From positions 148,530-169,347 of the forward strand of contig JBNKBE010000008.1 of the NCBI GenBank assembly GCA_050287085.1: DNA of 20,818 nt, written 5' to 3'. This stretch comes from Polyangiaceae bacterium (GTDB lineage Bacteria > Myxococcota_A > Polyangia > Polyangiales > Polyangiaceae). Below are positions 1 through 7,839 of the stretch, in pieces (positions within the stretch are counted from its first letter, which is position 1; every line of letters begins with the position of its first letter). The position numbers and the translations under genes are program-made. The notes under the pieces are model-generated. The model was given only the letters and a program-made list of their open reading frames with translations. It was not told the DNA's origin and ran no database searches.

Positions 1-16
1 CCGAGCGTGTGGGTCC

Positions 17-1525
17 TCAAGAGCGCTTGCGCTCGAGGAGGACCTTCGCCGCAGCGCGGAGGGTGTGCAACATGGCCCGTCCGCCCGGCAGCAGCCACAA
101 AAGCGAGAAATAGGCGATCAGGAAAGGTGGCGCACAAGCCAGCACGCAGAGCAGCGGCGGCAGTAGCGGCTGGAGCTGCGCGTGCAGCTGGTGGGTGAGG
201 AGCCCAGCCGCGATGGAGGCAAGGGCCGGGCGCCAGGTGGCGGCCACGTAGCCGCGTAGACTGATCGGGGTTTGCCAGAAGCAAAACTGCAGCGTTGGTA
301 GACGCCTCAACATCGCCCCCAAGCCGATCGCCCACGCGACGCCACTCGGGCCCCATTGCGCGCCCACGACAATGAAGGTCACGCCCAGCGCGCTGTTGAG
401 CACGCCGCTCAGCGCCTGCCGTCGCACGTTGCCAAGGGAGAGATAGACCCAGCCGGTAGCTATTTGCGTGGTTCCGATGAAGGCTGGAATGGACAGGATT
501 TTGAAGAGACTTGCCGCCTCAAGCCAGCGAGGCCCCAGCACCGTGAGCACCACACTGTCGGCCACAGCCGCTGAACTGGTGACGACAGGCATGGACAGCA
601 ACGCGACCAACCCAACCCCGCGATAATAGAACTGTGCAAAGCGCTCGGGCTCTGACTGCAGTCGTGCGAGAGCCGGCACCGCCGTGGCGCTCACCGGGCG
701 ATTGATGAGACGAAGCGGCAGCATCAGCAGGCTGTAGGCCTTGCTGTATAGACCCAACGCGTCTGCCCCGGCTACTTTCCCTATGACGATGTTGTCGGCG
801 TTACGCCCGGCGTAGTTGACTAGGTTGAAGAAAAGCGTATAGCCGCCAAAAGAGAGCAGCGACCGAACGCCGGCTGCGCCGCGGGGAAAACCGGGGCGCC
901 AGCGCGTGCTCACCACGAAGAGTAGGTTGGATACGACGGGTGATATCAGCGCACTCAGTACCAACGCCCAGTAGGATAACCCCATCAGCGCACCTGAAAG
1001 TGCTCCGACATGTCCCGCTAGGTTGGACACCACACTGATGGTAGCGATGCGTTGAAAGCGCATCTGGCGTTTCAAGAGTGCTTGATGCTGCACCCCTACG
1101 CCTGACACCAAGAAGCTGAGGCTGAGCACTGCCGTGACGAGCCCCAAACGCTCGTCGGCGTAGAAGTCCGCGATCAGCGGGCTCGAAGCGACCAGGGCGA
1201 GAGTGATCACACCGCCGAAGGCCGCGTTCAGCCAGAACAGGGTGCTGACCTGTTCTTCCGTCAGGTTGCGCTTCTGAACCACGGCTTGCGACAATCCGAG
1301 ATCGCGAAAGACCTCAGCGAAGCCAGTCAGGGCAGTCACCATGGCTATCAACCCGAAATCGTCGGGTGAAAGCACACGGCCCAGCACCGCCAGCGCCAGC
1401 AGATTCAGAACTTGGTTGAAGATCTGCGCTGCGGCGGTCATCGCCGTGCCGCGGATCGTCCGCTCGCGCAGGTTGCGCTTCAGCTCATCGTCCGCAAACG
1501 GGCTGGGGGGCGACTCCTGGGGCAT
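17..1525 (-). CDS. PST-family polysaccharide flippase (Wzx/WzxC-like LPS/EPS biosynthesis protein)
   Basis: 502 aa with many hydrophobic segments. Typical PST motifs: LGRVLSPDDFGLIAM, DLGLSQAVVQK, QVSTLFWLN, NADNIVIGK...LGLYSKAY. Two glycosyltransferase genes lie upstream on the same strand. Confidence 0.9.
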   Translation of the reverse strand: MPQESPPSPFADDELKRNLRERTIRGTAMTAAAQIFNQVLNLLALAVLGRVLSPDDFGLIAMVTALTGFAEVFRDLGLSQAVVQKRNLTEEQVSTLFWLNAAFGGVITLALVASSPLIADFYADERLGLVTAVLSLSFLVSGVGVQHQALLKRQMRFQRIATISVVSNLAGHVGALSGALMGLSYWALVLSALISPVVSNLLFVVSTRWRPGFPRGAAGVRSLLSFGGYTLFFNLVNYAGRNADNIVIGKVAGADALGLYSKAYSLLMLPLRLINRPVSATAVPALARLQSEPERFAQFYYRGVGLVALLSMPVVTSSAAVADSVVLTVLGPRWLEAASLFKILSIPAFIGTTQIATGWVYLSLGNVRRQALSGVLNSALGVTFIVVGAQWGPSGVAWAIGLGAMLRRLPTLQFCFWQTPISLRGYVAATWRPALASIAAGLLTHQLHAQLQPLLPPLLCVLACAPPFLIAYFSLLWLLPGGRAMLHTLRAAAKVLLERKRS

Positions 1526-1564
1526 GCTCTGAGAGACAAAAGAAGACGGCTTGGGCGTCGACCT

Positions 1565-1909
1565 TCAGGCGAGGCGCACTGTCGCGCTGAGCTTCTGCGA
1601 CAACAGCTGCTCGAGGGTGGGAGTCAGCGCGTCGCCACTTTTCGAGTCCAGCCAAGTGTTGCTCTCTTGGCTCCAATCAAAGTGCCAGGCACGCCGCTCC
1701 GCGGCCACCCAGACTTGGCGGGCTGCGCGATGGCTATTGATGACGTATTGCGCGCCGTCTTCAAACTCCAACGAAAGCACTCCGCCCGTAAGCTCCGCGT
1801 CCACACTGTCTTCGTATTGGCCGAGCGCGTCCACGAGTGCACGCAGTGTATTGTCGGCGAGCTCGTCAAAACGAGCTTCGTCGAGGAGCTGGGGCGCGGC
1901 AGGAGTCAT
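1565..1909 (-). CDS. cyaY: Iron donor / frataxin-like protein CyaY
   Basis: From the ATG at 1909 (114 aa): LDEARFDELADNTL, GGVLSLEFEDGAQYVINSHRAARQVWVAA, AWHFDW, the frataxin/CyaY pattern. The longer ORF start at 2044 overlaps the upstream gene and is rejected. Confidence 0.92.
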   Translation of the reverse strand: MTPAAPQLLDEARFDELADNTLRALVDALGQYEDSVDAELTGGVLSLEFEDGAQYVINSHRAARQVWVAAERRAWHFDWSQESNTWLDSKSGDALTPTLEQLLSQKLSATVRLA

Positions 1910-1917
1910 CAGCCGCG

Positions 1918-2265
1918 TTATGGTTCGTCCGGGTCGGGGACGCAAGCAGGCGTCGCGCAATGGTAGCCCGATTGACATTGGCTGTCGCTTTGGCATGGCC
2001 AGTAGCACACGCCGCGTTCGAGATTGCAGTGGTGGGCGAGGCATTGGGCGTCACTGCGGCAGGGGTATTCGATGGCAAGAGCGCCGCTGGGAGCCGAAGT
2101 CGGACGGGCGGGAGCTTCACTCTGCGTCCGCTGAGCGCTCGGCATGGCCGCGGCAGGGGGTGCCGCCGGGGAGCAGGCGCCTAGCGCCAGAAAGAGTCCG
2201 CTAGCGGCCGCAGCGGTGACGAGTGCCCGGGCGATGACGTGCAGGGTCATGTCGGCTGGTTTCAT
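1918..2265 (-). CDS. Small Cys-rich lipoprotein (hypothetical)
   Basis: ATG at 2265 (alternative 2250). Hydrophobic signal ending in the lipobox LGA-C, then an Ala/Pro linker and two CxSDxQC...C...C modules (8 Cys). Fits with 8-nt gaps between the GT gene and cyaY. Confidence 0.75.
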   Translation of the reverse strand: MKPADMTLHVIARALVTAAAASGLFLALGACSPAAPPAAAMPSAQRTQSEAPARPTSAPSGALAIEYPCRSDAQCLAHHCNLERGVCYWPCQSDSQCQSGYHCATPACVPDPDEP

Positions 2266-2273
2266 GAGCGGCT

Positions 2274-3287
2274 TCAAGGAGACGCCTCGAGAGCTCGATA
2301 CGCAGCGAGTAGTTGGGCCGCCGAGGCGTCCCACGTAAGGGTCTGACGCACGTGCTGCTGCAAGCGGTCGTCCGCATGCGTGTTGAGAGCGGCCTCAAAC
2401 TGCCTGCGGATATCGCTTGTGGAGTGAGGATCGACGTAGCGCGCGTAGCGACCGAAGTAGTCAGGAGGGCCGCCGCAACGAGTGATCAATATCTGGGCCC
2501 CAAGCGCAGCCGCTTCGAGCGCCGCAAGTCCAGTCCCTTCGTGGTAGCTCGGGAGACAGAAGACTTTGCATCCGGCCTGCAATCCGCGGAGCTCTTGCTC
2601 GGACACGAAGCCCAGGCGACGGATCTGTGGCCACCGCTCGATGCGTTCGTCTATCTGCGTCTGGAGCGGTCCCGGCGTTTCACGTCCGGCCAACACCAGC
2701 GGGAAGCCGGTGGGCCCGGCGGCGTCGAGTAAACGCAATACATTCTTGCGCGGCTGGGTATAGGCGCCGGCAAAGAGCGCATACTCGCGGGGTAGATCGA
2801 AACGTCGGCGGACCGCTTCGGGGTCGGCGCGGTCGGGCACATCAACACCGTTGAGGACCAGGCGACACTTGCTTGCCTCGATGCCCAACCCGGTCATGCG
2901 TTTGAGTTCGGCGCGCGAGCGACAGAGTATGAGTCGCGCCGCCTGCGCTTGCTCGCGAATGATGCCCGGGACGGTGAATACGCGCCCGTGTAGGGCGCCG
3001 AGCCCCGCGGCGAGCCGGTAGCTGAGCTGACTTGCGTTGCTATCGATGATGGGGGAGAGGCATAGCTTATGGGTCGTGGTCCAAGCCGTTTGCACCAGGT
3101 GGTGCGCGGGCCCCGCCATGAATAGGTGTATCCAATCCATGGGCGTCCAAGCCTCCCAAGGAGTTAGGCGCACGACGTCAACGCCCGCGCGTTCCAATGC
3201 CGCGGCCTGCGCCCGCGCCTGGGCCCGCACGCCGTTGCCTTCCGGCGAGAAGGCGTAGTTGCTGGGTAAGGAGAAGCCGACTCTCAT
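2274..3287 (-). CDS. Glycosyltransferase, GT-B fold (GT4 family)
   Basis: 337 aa with VLNGVD, PRKNVLRLLDA and the GT4 E-x7-E motif (PSYHEGTGLAALEAAALG). Start overlaps the upstream GT stop (ATGA). Confidence 0.9.
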   Translation of the reverse strand: MRVGFSLPSNYAFSPEGNGVRAQARAQAAALERAGVDVVRLTPWEAWTPMDWIHLFMAGPAHHLVQTAWTTTHKLCLSPIIDSNASQLSYRLAAGLGALHGRVFTVPGIIREQAQAARLILCRSRAELKRMTGLGIEASKCRLVLNGVDVPDRADPEAVRRRFDLPREYALFAGAYTQPRKNVLRLLDAAGPTGFPLVLAGRETPGPLQTQIDERIERWPQIRRLGFVSEQELRGLQAGCKVFCLPSYHEGTGLAALEAAALGAQILITRCGGPPDYFGRYARYVDPHSTSDIRRQFEAALNTHADDRLQQHVRQTLTWDASAAQLLAAYRALEASP

Positions 3288-4444
3288 GGCTCACTCAAGC
3301 GGGCGGGGCGGGCCTGACCCTTTAGCAGCTGCTCTAGGGCGCGGTATACCTCTTCGGCGTGCTGGCTCGGATCGCAGCGACGCGCCATGTCTTCACGCCC
3401 GGCGCGGCCCCGTGCTTCCGCTTCGTCCGGAGATGAGAGCACGGTGACGAGCGTCTCGGCAAGCGACGGCGCTGAGCCCCGCGCGTGGTGGTAACCGGTG
3501 CTTCCTTCCTGCACGAGCTCAGGCAACGAGCCGCCGTGAGCGACGACGACGGGGGTTGCGTAGGAAAGCGCTTCGGCTGCGACGCGGCCAAAGGTCTCGT
3601 CCATACGACTGGGCTGCACGATCACGTCCATCCGTTGATAGAAAGGGGTCATATCGCTTTCGAAGGGACGAAAGGCGACGGGGATCGGAAGCTTGGACGC
3701 CTGCTCCTCGAGTTGAGCCAGAAAACGAGGGTCGGACTTCTCGGGCGATGCGCCCCACACGTGCAAGCGCAGGTTGGGAAATTGCGCCAGCACCCGGGGC
3801 GCTGCGCTGAGCAGCAGGTCAAATCCTTTGTGCGGAAAACACAAGCCCGCGACGCCGATGTCGATGGGGCGCCGGCTCCAATCTTTGGTCCAGCCGGCGA
3901 TGGCCTTCCTGCCCATCTGGGCTTGTGTCGGTAGCGGCACGGGGTTGGGGATGACGTGGGTGATGGCGGCGAGCTTGGAGGGCAGCGTGTCGCGCACGAA
4001 GTAGGAGGGCGCCAAGCCCGCGTCAATGCGCCCAAGGCCGAGATCGTTATAGCGATGACCGAAGCTGTCGCGCACGTGACAGACGAGCCGCGTGCCGCAG
4101 AGCCGCGCCGCCGGCCAGGCAAAACGAAGGGCTCGCGAGGTGTTGGCGAGCACTACGTTGGCACGCTGCTCGGCGATGGTGCTCGTAAGCGCTCGCACGG
4201 CTCGCAGAAGTCGGACCGGGGCGGGGGGCAGCGCCCCGGGAGCGAGAGCTATGCGGTAGCGGATCTTGCGCGCCCGTGCGTATTGTTCCACGTCGGCGTC
4301 GTGTTGCAGTGCAAGCACCGAAACCGGGGCCCGCAACGCGAGGTGTTCCGCCAGCAGCAGCATGCTGCGGTTGGCGCCGTTCAACGTGCCAAAAGGAGCG
4401 AAGAAGACGACGGATGGCGAGCGGGCGTCCCCAGTGAGTCCCAT
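3284..4444 (-). CDS. Glycosyltransferase, GT-B fold (GT4 family)
   Basis: 386 aa with NGANRSML, CHVRD, VIPNPV, HKGFDLLL and the E-x7-E motif PSRMDETFGRVAAEALSYATPVV. Confidence 0.9.
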   Translation of the reverse strand: MGLTGDARSPSVVFFAPFGTLNGANRSMLLLAEHLALRAPVSVLALQHDADVEQYARARKIRYRIALAPGALPPAPVRLLRAVRALTSTIAEQRANVVLANTSRALRFAWPAARLCGTRLVCHVRDSFGHRYNDLGLGRIDAGLAPSYFVRDTLPSKLAAITHVIPNPVPLPTQAQMGRKAIAGWTKDWSRRPIDIGVAGLCFPHKGFDLLLSAAPRVLAQFPNLRLHVWGASPEKSDPRFLAQLEEQASKLPIPVAFRPFESDMTPFYQRMDVIVQPSRMDETFGRVAAEALSYATPVVVAHGGSLPELVQEGSTGYHHARGSAPSLAETLVTVLSSPDEAEARGRAGREDMARRCDPSQHAEEVYRALEQLLKGQARPARLSEP

Positions 4445-4465
4445 GACGACGGAGGAGTCCTTTCT

Positions 4466-6970
4466 TCAGCGCACCGGGGCCGAAGCATCCTCGATGCAGA
4501 GTCCGAGCAAGGCGGCACTGACATGCTTCAGGTTGCGATTCGACGCGGGGGCGAAAGAAGAACGGTCCGCCGTAGGACGGACGCTCGAGGGTGGAGGCGC
4601 GTCCGGGTCGATGGCGCCGCTTGCGGATAGCCCAGGGCCGGGCCCGTCCTGAACGAATTTGGGTCCGATGCACACTGGGCAGCCATCCACGCAGGGGCAG
4701 CTGAGGATGAGATGCCGAGCGCGTGCGATGAGCTCATTGCTACGCTGATAGATACGCGCGGCCAAGCCGACGCCGCCCGGCTGTGCGTCGAACAGGAATA
4801 AGGTAGGGTCGAGAATCGAGGAGTTTTCCTCGTGTCCGCCGTCTTGCACGCTGCGATTGATGTCTTCGGGTTCACACATCAAAGCCAGTGTGGCGGTGGT
4901 TTCAAGGGCTTTGCCAGCGGCGCGAAGCGCCGCCACCAGGGTGGCCCGGGGGACGCCAAGAGAGCTGAAGCGCTCGTCGGTGAGCGTGAGCCAGAAGCTG
5001 GTGGTGTGCATTTGCATGTCTGGCAGGTGCACGTCACCATAACCTGCATTCTCGTGGGTGAAGTACTTCACCTTCTTGTAGCCCGTTACTTTTTCTACGA
5101 CGCGGACTTCTCCGGAAGCCGCGAGCGCCTGGCCTTGCGACCGCGTCTCGAAGACCTCGATGACCTCCACATCGCGGTAGGTGAGGGCGGTTGTGAAGTA
5201 GTCGGGTTTGACGCGTCGGACGAAAGCCTTGTGGTTTTCGTAGTCGAGTCGCTCGACTTGGTACTGCTCAGCATCATGTTGGTAGATGGCTTGTTCGTGC
5301 AACATGGTATGGGTCGCACGAAAGTCCAGCTCAGCGATCGTCTTGTCGGTGTCTAGATCGATGATTACGAAGTTGTCCCAGCCTACGCTGCGCAGGGAGA
5401 CATGAGAGGCCGGGTAGGCTTCTCCGGCCCAATAATATCGCCCCGAGCGCGCATGCACGAGCCCTTGCTGCTGAAGATACTCGAGCGCATCGCGGGTTGT
5501 TTCGGGGTCCAACAAGCCGTAGCTTTCGCCCGTTGCGGGTTCTGGGTGAGCGGGGCGCGCGCCCGGTTCACTCAGGGAGAATGGACCTTCGAAGACGGCG
5601 CATTTCAGATGCTGAATGAAGATCTCCGCGTTGTCCGGATCGATGCGTGCTTCTTCTGCGCCGGCAGCGAGGAGGTACTCGGGCTCGCGCGCCAAGAATT
5701 GATCGATTGCATGACTGGAGCAGACGAGCAGCGCCAGGCTCTTATGACCGCGGCGCCCGGCGCGGCCAAAGCGTTGCCAAGTGGAGGCGATGGCGCCCGG
5801 GTAGCCAACGCAGATGGCCGCGTCCAGATCTCCGATATCGATGCCGAGTTCCAACGCGTTGGTTGCCACCACACATAGGATTTCTCCGTCGCGTAGACCG
5901 CGTTCGATGCTGCGCCGCTTGTCCGGGAGATAGCCTCCGCGATAGGCCATGATGGCTTCGGGTCCCGCTACGTCCGATACCCGGGCTCGCAGATACTTGA
6001 GCATGACCTCTACGCTATTGCGCGACTGCCCGAAAACGATGGTGGGTACGCGTGCTCGCACCAAGTCAGCCGCCAGGGATACGGCGTGTTTGAGTGAACT
6101 GCCCCGGATCTGCAGCTGGGGATCGACCACCGGCGGATTGTAGATAAAACACTGCCGGCTGCAGCTCGGCGCCCCAGAGCGCTCGATCAGAACGAGCTCC
6201 TCTTCGGCGCGGGCCGGCTCGAGCCCGATCAGGCGGGCGGCGTGGGCTTTGGGATTGCCGATCGTGGCGGTAGCACAGATGAATTGGGGGCTGCTGCCAT
6301 GAAAGCGAGCGATCCGCCGCAGCCTCTGCAGGACATGGGAAACGTGAGAGCCGAACACGCCGCGGTAGGTGTGCATTTCGTCGAGGACGACGTAACGCAG
6401 GCTCTGGAAGAAAGAGGCCCACTTGCCATGGTTTGGCAGGATCCCCGCGTGCAGCATGTCCGGGTTGGTGAGGATGATGCGGGCTTGTTCGCGGGCCGCG
6501 CGCCGCGCGTCCGGGCGCGTGTCGCCGTCGAAGACCAGAGCCCCAAACCCCAGCTCCGCCTCGGAAACGAAGCTCTGAAGGCTATGCTCTTGGTCGCGGC
6601 TGAGCGCTTTGGTTGGATAGAGATAAAGAGCTGATGCCGTGGGCTCGCGAGCGATGGCGTCCAATACCGGCAGGTGAAAACACAGAGACTTGCCGCTGGA
6701 CGTAGGGGTGGCGACCACGACGTGGCGTCCGCTCAGCGCCGCGTCGATGGCTTGCTGCTGGTGGGAATAGAGCTGGGCCATGCCGCGTTGGGTGAGAACC
6801 CGTCTCAGAGCGGGATGCAGCGCCTCGGGGTGAGGTCGAAAGTCCGCCTCCGAGGCAGGGATCAGGCGCTCAAGGGCGAGACAGGGACGCACCGCACCTC
6901 GACCTAGCCACTTGTCGACAACGGCGTCTACGCCGCTGCCATCACCTGCCGCCCATGGAGCATTTTCCAC
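4466..6970 (-). CDS. DEAD/DEAH-box SF2 helicase with C-terminal four-Cys (DUF1998-like) domain; MrfA(YprA)/SftH/Hrq1 family
   Basis: 834 aa with GTG start. LYSHQ (Q motif), PTSSGKS (Walker A), YPTKAL, TNPDMLH, DEMH (motif II), TNALELGIDIG, QRFGRAGRR (motif VI). C-terminus has LMCEPEDI...FDAQPGGVG...CPCVDGCPVC. Confidence 0.92.
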   Translation of the reverse strand: MENAPWAAGDGSGVDAVVDKWLGRGAVRPCLALERLIPASEADFRPHPEALHPALRRVLTQRGMAQLYSHQQQAIDAALSGRHVVVATPTSSGKSLCFHLPVLDAIAREPTASALYLYPTKALSRDQEHSLQSFVSEAELGFGALVFDGDTRPDARRAAREQARIILTNPDMLHAGILPNHGKWASFFQSLRYVVLDEMHTYRGVFGSHVSHVLQRLRRIARFHGSSPQFICATATIGNPKAHAARLIGLEPARAEEELVLIERSGAPSCSRQCFIYNPPVVDPQLQIRGSSLKHAVSLAADLVRARVPTIVFGQSRNSVEVMLKYLRARVSDVAGPEAIMAYRGGYLPDKRRSIERGLRDGEILCVVATNALELGIDIGDLDAAICVGYPGAIASTWQRFGRAGRRGHKSLALLVCSSHAIDQFLAREPEYLLAAGAEEARIDPDNAEIFIQHLKCAVFEGPFSLSEPGARPAHPEPATGESYGLLDPETTRDALEYLQQQGLVHARSGRYYWAGEAYPASHVSLRSVGWDNFVIIDLDTDKTIAELDFRATHTMLHEQAIYQHDAEQYQVERLDYENHKAFVRRVKPDYFTTALTYRDVEVIEVFETRSQGQALAASGEVRVVEKVTGYKKVKYFTHENAGYGDVHLPDMQMHTTSFWLTLTDERFSSLGVPRATLVAALRAAGKALETTATLALMCEPEDINRSVQDGGHEENSSILDPTLFLFDAQPGGVGLAARIYQRSNELIARARHLILSCPCVDGCPVCIGPKFVQDGPGPGLSASGAIDPDAPPPSSVRPTADRSSFAPASNRNLKHVSAALLGLCIEDASAPVR

Positions 6971-6979
6971 AAGCGAGTA

Positions 6980-6995
6980 CTAAACATATGTGGAG
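6980..6995. promoter_or_regulatory. Imperfect AT-rich dyad upstream of the helicase; possible LexA-type operator
   Basis: CTAAACATATGTGGAG has 12 of 16 positions in dyad symmetry (CT-nn-ACATATGT-nn-AG), 9 nt before the helicase GTG. It resembles the Myxococcus LexA consensus as I recall it (CTRHAMRYBYGTTCAGS), with 3 mismatches. Confidence 0.35.
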
Positions 6996-7095
6996 CGGAA
7001 CGCAAGGCCGGCCAATTCCGGGCGACGGCCGCGGCGGCGCCCACCGCCCTCTGGGGCGATGCGTCCCGCCGGGAGGCTCCTGTTTTCACAGCCCA

Positions 7096-7130
7096 CTCCT
7101 AGGGTCAAAACGATTGGGCCCCCCTAGGAG
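7096..7130. promoter_or_regulatory. Inverted repeat in the divergent helicase/lspA intergenic region
   Basis: CTCCTAGGG (7096-7104), a 17-nt spacer, then CCCTAGGAG (7122-7130): perfect 9-bp arms. Function unknown. Confidence 0.4.
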
Positions 7131-7156
7131 ATCTGCTACGTCAGAGCGAGGAAATA

Positions 7157-7810
7157 ATGAGCGAGAAAGCCAAAGAAAACCCCGTCAACTTTCTGTTTTT
7201 GGGCGCTATTGCGTCCGCCGGGCTGATCGCTGACGCGGTGACCAAGTATTGGGCGGAAACCACCTTGTCGAAGCGGACGCTGGAAGCGCCGGCCCAAGTT
7301 CTCATCGACGATGTGCTCGCGTTTCGTCTCGCCTACAACAAAGGCGGCGCTTTCGGCATGTTCGCCTCGGAAGATGCGACTTGGCGCAGCCCGTTTTTTC
7401 TCGCGGTGGGCGTCGGTGCTGTCATCTTCATCGTCAGCTTGTACCGGAACTTGGCGCCTGAGCAGCGAGCGTTGCGCTGGGGCTTGCCCTTGGTTCTCGG
7501 CGGCGCGCTCGGCAATCTAGCGGACCGCATCACGAAGGGTCAGGTTGTGGACTTCATCGACTACCGCGCTGGATGGGTGGAGACGATGAACGAGCTCATC
7601 GTCAAGCTCAGCAGCAGCTGGCACGTCACCGACCACTGGCCAACCTTCAACGTGGCCGATGTTTGCATCAGTGTGGGCGTTGGCCTCATGGCGCTCGATA
7701 TGTTTCGCAGCTCAGGCAACGCGCCACATCGAACCCACGCGGAGCCCGGCGCTGAGCCCCCGGCGTCAGCCCCACCGCCGAGCGCCGGCACCCCGGCGGC
7801 TGAACCATGA
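7157..7810 (+). CDS. lspA: Lipoprotein signal peptidase II
   Basis: Motifs DAVTKYW, YNKGGAFG, GGALGNLADRI..GQVVDFI and WPTFNVADVCI, with both catalytic Asp present. SD-like GAGGA upstream. Adjacent to lgt. Confidence 0.97.
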   Translation: MSEKAKENPVNFLFLGAIASAGLIADAVTKYWAETTLSKRTLEAPAQVLIDDVLAFRLAYNKGGAFGMFASEDATWRSPFFLAVGVGAVIFIVSLYRNLAPEQRALRWGLPLVLGGALGNLADRITKGQVVDFIDYRAGWVETMNELIVKLSSSWHVTDHWPTFNVADVCISVGVGLMALDMFRSSGNAPHRTHAEPGAEPPASAPPPSAGTPAAEP

Positions 7811-7839
7811 GCGCTCGCCCGGTGGGGGGCGCATAACGC

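Noticed and set aside
17..4444. Horizontally acquired polysaccharide island
   Set aside because: Some wzx stretches look less GC-rich, but this is expected for a membrane protein. There is no integrase, IS, tRNA or flanking direct repeat, and cyaY is embedded in the run.
4466..6970. Anti-phage defence helicase (DISARM DrmA/B or Druantia DruE, which also involve DUF1998)
   Set aside because: Size and architecture match the MrfA/SftH class. No methylase, PLD nuclease or other defence genes are adjacent, and an MrfB-like gene is nearby.
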